A DNA stretch of 64,000 nucleotides from IMG/VR virus record IMGVR_UViG_3300023174_000036, positions 292,313-356,312 of that record, one strand, 5' to 3'. Shown one piece after another: positions 48,666 to 59,671 of the stretch. Both the position numbers and the translations under genes were made by a program. The first letter of the stretch is position 1. Every line of letters starts with the position of its first letter. The notes under the pieces are model-generated. The model did no database searches, had not been told where the DNA came from, and was given only the letters and a program-made list of their open reading frames with translations.

Positions 48666-50926
48666 TATACATTAACTTAACGATACGCAATCCTTGGAGT
48701 GATCGTTTTGAGCACATTCGTGCTTGGTCAGGGCCCTTGTCCAAAAACAAGTATTGGGAAATAGAATGTTATCGCTCAGATACCATAGCTGAAGTAGAAT
48801 GTAAGTTCACAGTTCAAGAAGATCATGCGGGACTTACTGTTGGCTTAGGGCTGTTCAGTTACACCATTCGAGCGCAAGTGTACGATACTCGCCACTGGGA
48901 CTATGACAAACATGCCTACAGTCAATCTAACAGTTAGCCAATGGCAACGCATTAGAAAAGAGATGCACAATGAGCATCCAAAAACTGTGTTCATGTTGCG
49001 TGGCAAGATGAAACAAGTATTGGGTTTTACTGTGCGTGAACACAATGAATGGGTTATCAAACCAGATGGCGGATACGTCGAACACTCGATTAGGCTAGAC
49101 TTTTATAATGAAAGAAAGTACACTATGTTTCTATTGAAGTATAGTGAGTTTATCAACAGGGCCGACTAACATGAGAGACATAATCGAAATTAAACTAGAA
49201 AATTTAGGACTAGATCCCAAAGACTACAAACAGCTTGAAGACGAAGATTTGTTGGAGTTCTTTTTGAACACATTTGATCTAAAGAGTCCGGTTAAAAACG
49301 ATTCTGAGTTGATCAAAGAAAACGAACGTATGCGAGAAGAGCTGAGAAAACTGTTTGGCGTTGAGCGTCCGTTTGTCTGTGGTACTGCTGGTGGCACGGG
49401 TGCTGACGGCATGGCTGATTATGTGCTAGTGTGCCCTGCTTATGGTGCAGATGGTGCGGCCATGTACAAAAAGTACAAAGACTACTCAGCACCGGAATAT
49501 TGATATGAAACATGTAGAAGTTGGCATGTGGAGACTTCCAGGCTTGTCTTTTGAGGCAGGTGAACTAACTCCCGAACTAAATGAAGAAATGATTGCTTGG
49601 GCCACAGCCGAAGGTGTGGGTATGAGCATGACTGAGAACTTGTGGAGCTTCAAAAAAGAAGCACATAGAGAATGGTTTATCTTACGTTGGATTGATAGTA
49701 TTCCAAAAATTAAGGAAGATTAAATGTACAAGACAATTTATACAGAAGTTGAAGTGGATGTGGACTTGGGCGACTTTGATGCAGAAGACCTAATTGAAGA
49801 ATTAGAAAGCCGTGGTTCGGGTGTTATGGGCTACGGCGACGGCAAGGAAGTGTTGCAAGCAATTTACGAAAAGCGTAGACTAGGCCAAGACTATCAAACA
49901 GAACTACAAACTCTAATCTATCTTGGACTTGGCCGTATTGTATGACTAATGAGATCACTGTGGATATGCTGGACCACACCATTGTGTGGTGTGAGCAAAA
50001 TGCATTTTGGGGCAAAGGTTCTGCCATACAGCGTATGCAGGATTTCTACTTTGAAAAAACTCGTGCCAGTGTAACTGAAGATTGGCCTGAAAGTTTTACA
50101 TTGCAGGAACTAGCTGACACCTTGGGTATAGAACAAGTGCGTTACAGGATTTACTACAGCGAAGACAACCTCACATTAAGACTGTTTGTGTTCCGGCCTC
50201 ATTGTGTTTGGGACGAACAAAAAATCATGTTGGACTTGGGGTTTGTGGTTGCCCAAGAAGGTGATGCGGACAACATACCCAACAAACCTGTAGAGGCAGT
50301 GGAACAATGAACTTAGCTGAGTATTTTGAACAGCATCGTCCTAAACCTCGATACAAGTTTGGCGATAGAGTAGAAGGCAAGTACAAAGGCGTGCCTTATG
50401 TTGGTACTGCATATGGAGATAATATGCGTAATGAAACAGAAGGACCTATGGTGAGTATACATTTGGACTTGCCTATGAAGATTGGTGCAGAGTGGCACAC
50501 TTACATTCGTGTCACATACAAAGACATTAAAGGACTTCGAACATGATTAAAAACCTAGTAGGTGGCCCGGGTGTAGTGGTATCTGGTGGTAACACTACAC
50601 CTCAGTATATCAATCAAAACAACAGCAATCCCATGCAGGGCATGATTCGTATATGGGGCAGTGACTTTCAAGTGTTTGATGGCAATGGCTGGCAAATGTT
50701 GGCCACAGGATATCCCAGTGTGAGTTTGGATCCAGAAACACAGGATCTGTTGTTATGGGCACGTACACAACGCACACTTGAACGCAATCGTGCTACATTA
50801 ATTGAAAACAATCCTGTTCTTGAAAAAGCATACAAGGCCGTACTACGTGCAGAACAAAACTTTGACATACTCAGCAAGTTTGTTGAAAACGACTTAGATG
50901 CAGAACTAAGAGAGATAGCACCATGA
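48662..50926 (+). CDS. run of eight small overlapping hypothetical genes (48662-48937, 48914-49169, 49171-49503, 49505-49723, 49724-49945, 49942-50310, 50307-50546, 50543-50926)
   Basis: ATGA/TAATG-coupled ORFs on the plus strand. Confidence 0.65.
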
Positions 50927-51417
50927 TTATATATTTAGACATGGATGATGTAGTAGCCGATTGGCACACTGCCGCACAAGAATTTTTAAAGATGCGTTGG
51001 AACAAAGACAATGAACGTATTCCGCAAGAGGATTGGGACAAGATTAAAATGAACGCTAGATTCTATCGTCATTTGCCATTAAAAGAAAATGCACACGATC
51101 TTGTACAATATTGTCGTGATGCTGTTAGTAAAGGACGAGCAGATGGAATGGCGTTTTTATCTGCACTTCCACGCAACAACGATATGCAGTTTGCGGCACA
51201 GGATAAAGTATGGTGGGCACATGAACACTTTGAAGGCATTCCAGTATTCCTCGGTCCATACAGCTATGACAAGTGGAAACATTGTAAGCCAGGTGATATA
51301 TTAATTGATGACCGTACCAGCAACTGTGAAGAATGGATCGCGGCTGGTGGCCGCTCACACATTTATAAAACTTGGGAGGCTTGCAAGCCATGGCTGGAAC
51401 ACACCCTTGGACAATAG
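50923..51417 (+). CDS. 5'(3')-deoxyribonucleotidase (NT5C, HAD)
   Basis: IYLDMDDVVAD, KVWW, DILIDDR..NCEEW..AGG. Confidence 0.88.
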   Translation: MIIYLDMDDVVADWHTAAQEFLKMRWNKDNERIPQEDWDKIKMNARFYRHLPLKENAHDLVQYCRDAVSKGRADGMAFLSALPRNNDMQFAAQDKVWWAHEHFEGIPVFLGPYSYDKWKHCKPGDILIDDRTSNCEEWIAAGGRSHIYKTWEACKPWLEHTLGQ

Positions 51418-51428
51418 ATTTAACTGAA

Positions 51429-52308
51429 TGGATGCCCAGCCCTAAAATCAAATGGCAACGATTGCCAGGACTTAAACTGCAAGCCTATGTAGATGACATC
51501 CTACCTAGAGGATTTGAGCGAGGCTTGAATGAGTCTGATATGGATCCTGTACAGGCATGGACAGATGAATGTCGCTGTGGAGTACGCATGAGCTTTAATG
51601 TTTGGAAGTTTAAGAGTGAAAAGCAAATCACCATGTTTTTAATTAGGTGGACATCATGAAATATAACTATGGTTATTCTAACAACGTCAAACACAACGAC
51701 AGTGCTGGAGACTTGGAGTATTTTATTTCTAAGTTTGATTGTCGAATTGAAGACAGCCGCGAGTATAATCAGTATCGGAGACAAGCGCCTGCTTACCACC
51801 GCGACTTCTATGACACTGACAGTTTTAAAATGGAAACTGAGATACTGCCTATGAAAGCCATACACTTAACTTCAACCAATCTAGCAAGATTAGTGGCAGA
51901 GCAGGAACACATGCAACAGCTGGGTGCCGATGCCGAGTATGGCAAGAAATGCTGGGCCGATGAACGTAAGGATCGTATGGTGCGTGATGAGAATCCCGCA
52001 GTGGCCAAAGCATATCGTAACTATCAAATGCTGTTGGAGTTAGCACGTAAATGAATAACTTAGAACAAGAAATGCTGGATTCTGCTGGCAGTAGAATGGC
52101 CGCTGAGATAGACTTTCAAATTCTTGCAGACATGCTTTGTCAAATAGGCTGGCGTAAAATTATACTCAAACCCATGACCTGGGAAGATGGCTATGATATC
52201 GATGCATGGACTGCCCAGCACATTAAAGGTCCTTTTGAAACTATGGGACTAGTGTGGGTATTTGAACGAGAAGAAGATGCCAACTGGTTTGCACTGAGGT
52301 GGTTGTAA
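51429..52308 (+). CDS. three small hypothetical genes (about 51429-51659, 51656-52054, 52051-52308)
   Basis: Coupled ORFs; two end in F.(L/I)RW. Confidence 0.6.
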
Positions 52309-52323
52309 ACTATTAAATAGTAG

Positions 52324-53136
52324 ATGAAAAAATTATTACTATCGATCCTTATCTGTTACAGCACAGCGGCACACGCAGGTGGTGCTTATGCATTGTATGA
52401 TTACGATCAGCACGAATATCAAGTGTCGTTCAACACTTACGAAGTACGCCCCATTGCCAGTATTACCAAACTGTTCACTGCTGTCACTATATTGCGTAGC
52501 GGTGTGGAACTAACGGAAAAAGTCCGAGTAAAAGGTAAGAGTGGAGGTCGTTTCCCCAACGGTATGATGGTATCTCGCCATGATCTAATGAAGGCCATGA
52601 TGATCAGCAGTGATAATAGAGCAGCCGAAACTTTGGCCAATACTTATCCAGGTGGCTTTGACCAGTTCATCAAAGATGCAAACACCTACATAAAAGGTCG
52701 TGGTTTAATAAACACCAGCATTGAAGAGCCCACGGGTCTAAGTAAGAACAATGTAAGCACAGCAACTGAACTAATCAGTTTTATTGGTGCAATTAAAGAC
52801 AACGAAGCACTGAAATCATATTCAGACGAAAAAACTGCTGACATATTGATACCACGAGGTAAAAAGCAAGTGCATATCAAATTGCACAACACCAACCCCA
52901 GCATCTTTAAGTTTGACAACATATTGATCAGCAAGACCGGTTACACTGATCCAGCAGGCCGTTGTGTGGTCATGCTGGTTGAAAAGGGTAAGAAGTATTA
53001 TGGCATTGTGGTATTGGGACAGAAGAATGTTAATGAACGTAGTGAATTGGCCAACGGGTTGATTACCAAACCACCTTTGCCTTCCAAACCCGTTTCAAAA
53101 GAAGTTGATCCTATTGTGTTTGATTTGGCTATGTAA
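52324..53136 (+). CDS. peptidase S11 D-Ala-D-Ala carboxy/endopeptidase (PBP7/DacA-like)
   Basis: Signal peptide; ASITK, SDN, KTG; PTGL..NVSTA. Confidence 0.9.
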   Translation: MKKLLLSILICYSTAAHAGGAYALYDYDQHEYQVSFNTYEVRPIASITKLFTAVTILRSGVELTEKVRVKGKSGGRFPNGMMVSRHDLMKAMMISSDNRAAETLANTYPGGFDQFIKDANTYIKGRGLINTSIEEPTGLSKNNVSTATELISFIGAIKDNEALKSYSDEKTADILIPRGKKQVHIKLHNTNPSIFKFDNILISKTGYTDPAGRCVVMLVEKGKKYYGIVVLGQKNVNERSELANGLITKPPLPSKPVSKEVDPIVFDLAM

Positions 53137-55443
53137 TGGCGATAATAACCAAAACTAACTCGGGTTTTATGGCAGAACCAAAAGATATCGAAACCCACGA
53201 TGTTATGGTGTTTGGTGACCAGGCCTACAAAATTCACACTGTGGTTGTACACCGTTTTCGAATGGGCGATGTGGAAGATCCAGACTTGTATGCCGCTGAA
53301 CCGTTGTACCAATGGCAACAAAGTGAAATGGGACAATGGGTCATGTCTCGTGCGGTAGACACTCCGGAATGGCATAGACAAATGGATCAAATGCAATACC
53401 ATATGCAATATGCTGTTGTAGCCAAACTCAAAGATATCGATTATACCTTTTGGACTCTCAAATGGGGAAATGACGTTGACAAGCAGGAGTAAAGCTGTTA
53501 TAATTACTGTACGATAAACTAGCAGTAAACAGCAATGAAAAAAATCTACTACGAAAAGATTGGACGCAAATATGTGCCAGTTAGTGAGTACGATAACGAC
53601 TTTCTGGACAGCTTTACCCGAGGCACTCATTTGGTTATGAGCTACCCCGGAGGCTCAAGCCGCCGCTACAACATTGATCCTAACTATGCCGCTATGATAG
53701 CCGCTGGTCGTGTGGCTGAAGATGCTATTTGCAAGGCTATTAGTAAGGCCAGCGAACTACGTCCCAAACAAACTCCCATTACCCCAGGCCAGAAGCGAGC
53801 ATGGGAACGATTAGCCAAAGAGTTTGGTGACGATCTTTGCACACTGAATGGACTCAGTGTTCATGACTGTGCAGAAGCAGGTGTAAAGGCTATGATGTTG
53901 GAAGCAGATAAACTCATGGCCAATCCCATTGTTCGTAAAGCCTACGAACGTTTCCTTTTTGTTGCTGAACTAACGAAAGAACACAATGAGCAAAGCAAAA
54001 CATAAACCATATCAATGGATTGATGGAGAGACTGCTGATCGCATTACCAGTCTTAACCTAAAAGACTATCGTGCATATCTCAAAAAAGAATTAAAACAAT
54101 GGAAGAAGAATCCCAAGAGTGATTCAAACCCTGACGGTTATTGGCTACATCCAGAAGATGTGGGCCTGAATGTACAAACCATTGCGGCATTAGATTTGAT
54201 TATTAGTCATTTTGTAGTAACGGAGGATGAACATGAGTGAACAAGTATTATGCAAGGATTGCAAGCACAGTTTTAGGAAACTATCAGAGTTTCCGCAATG
54301 GGGCACTGGAATTGAATTGCGGTGTCGTTTAAACTATATTGAAAATGAAGTTGTAGAAAATCGCGTAACAGGCAATACTGTCAGGCCGCCTTACTATGAA
54401 CGATGTTCACTTACTCGAATGGATTATCTGAGCAAGGATCGTAATGAAACCTGCGGTAAAGATGGCAAATGGTGGACTCCTCAAAATAAAAAGGACTTGT
54501 TTAAGTTTATTAAACATGTAAGTGTATGAGTGGTTGGAACACAATTCAAAGAATTCGAAATCTTGAAGAGAAAATCGATCTCCTTGGCTTCAAGTTCAGC
54601 AAAAGCAAGCACGGTGATTGGACAGACAGTCACGGTGCCTTAAGCCTTGTGCCAAAAGATGCAGATGCACTACCAATGTACAGCCGCGATGCGGAACTGT
54701 TCGTGGGCAGTATTGAACGATTGGAAGATTGGCTTGCTGGAGTACAGTGGGCACGTGACTACGACCGCATGTGTAAGATCAGCACGGATAAGACTCGTGC
54801 GGCCGCAGAACAAAAGGAACGCAACAGGCAACTGATGCGCACATTAAAAGAAGGTAAGAGAATTGAAGGAGTAGTGGAATGACATTGGATTCAGCAAGTA
54901 ACTTTTTGGCCTGTACTATATTGGTGTGTTTGGGAATTGCCTGTTTGGCAGTACTCGTAGTGTTCTTAAATAACCTGTTTCATAGGTACTGGAACCCAAT
55001 AACTTGGAACCTTTATAGCTTTTTGGGCACAAAACACTATGATTTCCCGCATGATGCATTAAATAATACTACCAATCAAAAGGATCAAAATGGAAAATCT
55101 ATTTGAACTACTAATTGCAGGCGCAGTGGGCTATTACATAGGCTCTTGGGTTAAAGAACAGATCATGCTGGTACGCATGGTTCGCAATGCCAAAGACATT
55201 ATCAAGTATTTGGAACATGCCCAAAAGGTACTTGAAGAAGTGGAAGTTGAAGGCCTGCCTGAAGATGCTATCGAAGTTGAAGTTGAGCGGGTCAATGGAT
55301 TTGTCTACGCTTACAACAAAATGACTGGCGAATTTTTGGCACAGGCACAGAGTCTACACCAAGTAATGACCTTGGCGGCCAAACGATATCCTGGCAAGAA
55401 GTTTTGGCATCCTGAACTCACTGAAGATAGCCGAACAGCTTGA
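53136..55443 (+). CDS. run of hypothetical genes (53136-53492, 53535-54005, 53986-54240, 54233-54529, 54526-54882, 54879-55106, 55090-55443)
   Basis: Coupled ORFs; sigma70 promoter TTGACA(53476)-17-TATAAT(53499). Confidence 0.65.
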
Positions 55444-55513
55444 GTTTCATCTTTACCTGTAGTATACTAAGTCTAACTAGTGGATACTAGTAAAACTTAA
55501 AAGAGGAAATATT

Positions 55514-55786
55514 ATGAAATTCATTTCAAAAGAAACTAAGACCTACAAATTGTTCAATGCATTGTACAATGGTGAAAAAGTAACTGGTGCTCAAGCTGAA
55601 AAGCGTTTTGGCATCAAGAACATTGCTGCCGAAGCAAGCCGTATTCGTCAATCAGGTTATGCTGTTTACAGCCGTAGCCGTGTGGCTGGTAACGGTGTTA
55701 CTGTTACTGAATACGAAATGGGCAATGCCAGCCGCGAAATTATCGCACTTGGCTACAAAGCCAAAGCAATGGGCATCACACTTTAA
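55514..55786 (+). CDS. winged-HTH DNA-binding protein
   Basis: VTGAQAEKRFGIKNIAAEASRIRQSGYAVY; high-expression codon usage; terminator at 55807-55830. Confidence 0.7.
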   Translation: MKFISKETKTYKLFNALYNGEKVTGAQAEKRFGIKNIAAEASRIRQSGYAVYSRSRVAGNGVTVTEYEMGNASREIIALGYKAKAMGITL

Positions 55787-55861
55787 TTTTTAAAGTGCAA
55801 TCCGAAAGCTCGCTTAGGCGGGCTTTTTTATTGACTAAATATTTGTCAGGAGGACTCAACC

Positions 55862-56020
55862 ATGAAACAGAAAAAACTTTTAGTTAAACTGTACAGGGCT
55901 TGCGTCGACCATGATACAGAAACGGTTTCCGAACTGCGTAAAAAAGAGTTCGCTAAGATACTGAAACACAAGGCCGAAGGCAAACCATTTACAACAAAAT
56001 GGACGCTGGTGCAAATTTAA
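55862..56020 (+). CDS. 52-aa basic protein (not in ORF track)
   Basis: AGGAGG SD; [14 protein letters not shown]... Confidence 0.6.
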   Translation: MKQKKLLVKLYRACVDHDTETVSELRKKEFAKILKHKAEGKPFTTKWTLVQI

Positions 56021-56064
56021 CACAACTGTAACATTACACACCCGATACTACGATAAATATTGCT

Positions 56065-56949
56065 ATGCAAAAAACTTATCGTAGTATTTTTGTGAGTGAC
56101 GTCCACTTGGGTACAAGAGACTGCAAGGCGGAACAACTCAATAATTTCCTCAAACACAATTCATGTGATACTCTCTACCTCGTTGGTGATATCATCGATG
56201 CTTGGAAAATACAACAAAACAAATGGCGTTGGAAACAAAGTCATACCAATGTGGTACGCAGAGTACTGGGTCATGCCAAACGCGGAACCCGTGTGGTATT
56301 CATAGCTGGTAATCACGATGAATTTCTGCGTCCCATGATACCATATGGATTCTCGTTTGGGCTTGTTGAAATACACAATCAAATAGAACACATAGGTGCA
56401 GACGGCAAGCATTATCTAGTCACACATGGTGACTTGTTTGACGGCATAACAAGATTGGCGCCTTGGATAAGTTTTTTAGGAGACAAAGCATATGATATCA
56501 TTTTATCGCTTAATAGCAAATTCAATTGGCTACGTCATCGTCTTGGTTTTGGGTACTTTAGTCTTAGTCAATATCTCAAACATAGAGTAAAACGTGCTGT
56601 GGACTTTATGTTCAAGTTTGAGGAAAATCTTGCCAACTACTGTAAAAAGCGTGGCTTTGACGGAGTAATATGTGGACACATACATCACGCAGAGATCAAA
56701 GAGATCAATGGTGTTGTGTACATGAATGATGGTGATTGGGTAGAATCATGCACAGCCCTAGTGGAACATTGGAACGGGCAGTGGGAGATAATTACTTGGA
56801 CACAGGAGAAGGATGATGTGGTTACTGATCCTAATAGCAGTACACGTGAACGATCCAACAGATCAGCCGGGAAGAGTGGAACTACAGTTCGCGGATCAAA
56901 AAACCTGCGAGCAGGCCCTAAGCACACTCAAGTGGCAACTAAAGTTTAA
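56065..56949 (+). CDS. LpxH-like metallophosphoesterase, PlcP (phospholipase C) type
   Basis: YRSIFVSDVHLG, LVGDIIDAW, GNHDEFLR, HGDLFD, LGDKAYD, GVICGHIHHA, NDGDWVESCTAL. Confidence 0.85.
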   Translation: MQKTYRSIFVSDVHLGTRDCKAEQLNNFLKHNSCDTLYLVGDIIDAWKIQQNKWRWKQSHTNVVRRVLGHAKRGTRVVFIAGNHDEFLRPMIPYGFSFGLVEIHNQIEHIGADGKHYLVTHGDLFDGITRLAPWISFLGDKAYDIILSLNSKFNWLRHRLGFGYFSLSQYLKHRVKRAVDFMFKFEENLANYCKKRGFDGVICGHIHHAEIKEINGVVYMNDGDWVESCTALVEHWNGQWEIITWTQEKDDVVTDPNSSTRERSNRSAGKSGTTVRGSKNLRAGPKHTQVATKV

Positions 56950-56992
56950 AAGTTTCAAGGTAGAAGGCAAATGTCTAAGACAATCCTCATAA
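56813..56992 (+). CDS. 59-aa overlapping protein (not in ORF track)
   Basis: GGAG SD; MMWLLILIAVHVNDPTDQPGRVELQFADQKTCEQAL...KCLRQSS. Confidence 0.6.
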   Translation: MMWLLILIAVHVNDPTDQPGRVELQFADQKTCEQALSTLKWQLKFKSFKVEGKCLRQSS

Positions 56993-57987
56993 TAACAGAC
57001 AATTTAAAGGATCAAATCAATGGCGTGGTTACCACCTACAAAAATATTGAGGCGTGTGCAACTCGTGACGGTTATAACGTTGTGGTGCTGGATCCCGGGT
57101 GGTTCAGCTACATTGATTGCCCTGGCTACAACGAAGTCAAGATTGCCTATCCCAGGAACTTGGGCAAGAAGATTGAGGAGATATCTCCGGATTATATCCA
57201 TATCGCCACAGAGGGTCCTCTTGGTCTGTGGGCTAGAGCATATCTTTCATTGGGTGATATTCGCCACAATACCGCTTATCATACTAAGTTTCCTGAAGGG
57301 TTGAAAAAGCTGTTTGGCATACCTGAAAGCCTAACGTGGCGTTTTGTACGTTGGTTCCACAAGCATTCAGGCAAGGTCTTGACCACAACACCCAGCATGG
57401 TTCGTGAACTCAAGTCGCATGGCTTTGGGGGTGAAGTTATACCCTGGACCCGTGGCGTGGATCGTGATATCTTTAACCCCAGCTATCGAGTCAAGACTGT
57501 GGTAAACGGTCCCGTATTGTTGTGTGTCAGCAGGGTCAGCAAGGAAAAGAATCTAGAAGCCTTCTTTGAATTGGACTACCCAGGTGCCAACAAGATCATG
57601 GTGGGCGATGGCCCCATGTTGGACACTTATCGAAAGGCCTACCCTGACGTCATGTTCACAGGCTTTAGGACTGGAGTGGACCTAGCACGTTACTATGCCA
57701 TGGCAGATGTGTTTGTGTTCCCCAGTCAGTGGGAAACGTTTGGCATTGTTATGATAGAAGCCATGGCCTGTGGCACACCTGTAGCCGCTTACCCATGCCA
57801 GGGTCCAGAGGATGTGATTGATGAGGGTGTAACTGGCTGTTTAAATGACGAGCTCAAGCAGGCTGTGAAAGATGCCTTAATGTTGAGCCGACAGCAGGTT
57901 TGGGAAGGCAGTGCCCGTTGGACTTGGCAAGAAGCGTGGCACATATTCCGTGACAATCTAGTGGAAATGAAATCGGGTACAAGATAA
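56971..57987 (+). CDS. GT4 glycosyltransferase (Agt-like glycolipid synthase)
   Basis: QINGVVTT, IHIATEGPLG, YHTKFPE, WTRGVD, RVSKEKN, ETFGIVMIEAMACG. Confidence 0.88.
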   Translation: MSKTILIITDNLKDQINGVVTTYKNIEACATRDGYNVVVLDPGWFSYIDCPGYNEVKIAYPRNLGKKIEEISPDYIHIATEGPLGLWARAYLSLGDIRHNTAYHTKFPEGLKKLFGIPESLTWRFVRWFHKHSGKVLTTTPSMVRELKSHGFGGEVIPWTRGVDRDIFNPSYRVKTVVNGPVLLCVSRVSKEKNLEAFFELDYPGANKIMVGDGPMLDTYRKAYPDVMFTGFRTGVDLARYYAMADVFVFPSQWETFGIVMIEAMACGTPVAAYPCQGPEDVIDEGVTGCLNDELKQAVKDALMLSRQQVWEGSARWTWQEAWHIFRDNLVEMKSGTR

Positions 57988-58088
57988 GGTATCGCTGGAA
58001 TTCGTAACCAGCACTAAAGGGCCCCGGCTCTTTTTTTATGGCTATTCACTTCTTGCATACGCCACAAGGCGGCCTGTATAATTACAGT

Positions 58089-58764
58089 ATGCTTGATAAT
58101 ATATTTAAACCCACCCTGGATTGGATACGCGATGACTACACCAGTAATAGAATACGTTTTTGTCTTGAGAGCCTTGCTTGGGCTATCTCTATTGGTTGTA
58201 GTATCACTATGGCCACAACTGTGCCCACACCTCCCTTACTTGTCTTGTACCCAATTTGGATTACAGGTTGTGCTATATACGCTTGGTGCGCTTTTAGTCG
58301 GCGTTCCTTTGGTATGTTGGCTAATTATGTGCTTCTTACCACAATCGACACTGTGGGATTGATAAGGATGCTATGATAACAGATGCCGAACTAGACACCC
58401 TGATAAACCAATTGGATGCTGTGTTGTTACAGTATAACCATTGCCCAGCCCATGAAGTAGCGGGCGCATTACTCAGCAGAATAACCTTGTTAATGACCAT
58501 GGATCCCTCAGTGGGCAAGCACATGCTGAAGTTTGTGTGGGAGAAACTGGACGAAATTGAACAAGCCAATCCGGGAGGTATGATATGATTGATATGAAAC
58601 TCAGCAAGTACTGGGTGGGCTCAAACCATCATGAATTTGAACTGATGGCAGTGTACACAGAGTCGGATACCAAATGGGCACGTTATAGAGACATCTTGAA
58701 CGACAAAGAGTACAACTGTAGACTTGAAGCGTTTTTGGCGAGATTCAGCCCCAGCGTAGATTAA
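58089..58764 (+). CDS. three small genes (58089-58376 membrane protein; 58373-58588; 58585-58764)
   Basis: ATGA-coupled ORFs. Confidence 0.6.
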
Positions 58765-58984
58765 CACACCGCGAAGCGGCTGCGAAAAAATTTTTGAGCA
58801 CCCTGTAGTCTATAACCATTCACAAGCCAATGCACAGGCCTCGGCTTGTTCTGGGCGTGGATAACCAAACACATTGACTAACCAACTGAAGTCCCGTATA
58901 CTGTGTACATGAACTTGACTCATGTTGCTTTCTTCTTACTGTTGACTATCATTGTGATAGACATACTAACACGATTAGGCTAAC

Positions 58985-59212
58985 ATGGGTCGACTCATAA
59001 TAGTGTTGATAGCAGTGTGCCAATTGACAGGCTGTGCGGCATACACAGTGGCCAATACTGTCACTTACATAGCAACGGATAAGAGCATGATGGATCATGG
59101 GTCTAGCACACTGGTGAAAGCCGATTGTGATGCAGTTCGCGTGGTACAAAAAGGCACTTATTATTGTGAAGTTCGTGATGTAAGCACTACGTATAATAGG
59201 AACGCATTCTAG
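58985..59212 (+). CDS. small lipoprotein
   Basis: Lipobox LTGC. Confidence 0.65.
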   Translation: MGRLIIVLIAVCQLTGCAAYTVANTVTYIATDKSMMDHGSSTLVKADCDAVRVVQKGTYYCEVRDVSTTYNRNAF

Positions 59213-59335
59213 TATGAAAGAGCTGATTCTGCGTATATGTGACAATGAGTTACTGTATACACTAGCATTGATATATGTATGCACTATGGCATTCACTATA
59301 AGCTTCTTGACAGCATACTTGATAGCGTAAGCTAT

Positions 59336-59671
59336 AAGACCCCGCTGTGACTGCTAGCACACTAAGCTATCAAGTCTAATTTGGGTCGGGGCACTAATAG
59401 TGTGTCTGCTAACAACGCTAGACTCAGTCGGTCTTCCCGTATGTAGAAGCGTATGCCCACGGCCATTACTGTGTATGAGTAACTACAATAGCCCAGTTGA
59501 TCCATGACATCTGGATCCACCGTATAAGAATCAAAACAGTATAAGCGCATAGTGTATATAGCAAAAGACCCCGCTGTGGGTTCATGGGTTTCCAACATGA
59601 GCGCACTGTGAACGCTTCGCTGTGCCGGAACTATACGCTAGTACACACTCGACTGAAAAGACCCCGCTGTG
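59336..59671 (+). repeat. three direct copies of AAGACCCCGCTGTG
   Basis: At 59336-59349, 59565-59578 and 59658-59671. Confidence 0.85.

Noticed and set aside
52998-53630. 210-aa minus-strand ORF and other long antisense ORFs (e.g. 18041-18616, 60883-61347)
   Set aside because: Antisense to well-supported genes, with no SD or recognisable motifs
57988-58040. GCTGG-AATTCGTAA-CCAGC hairpin as a preQ1-like riboswitch
   Set aside because: Lacks the A-rich 3' tail and queuosine gene context; more likely part of a terminator region
59336-59671. Possible mini-CRISPR array
   Set aside because: Repeat is only 14 bp with irregular spacing (229 and 93 bp); no cas operon in the window
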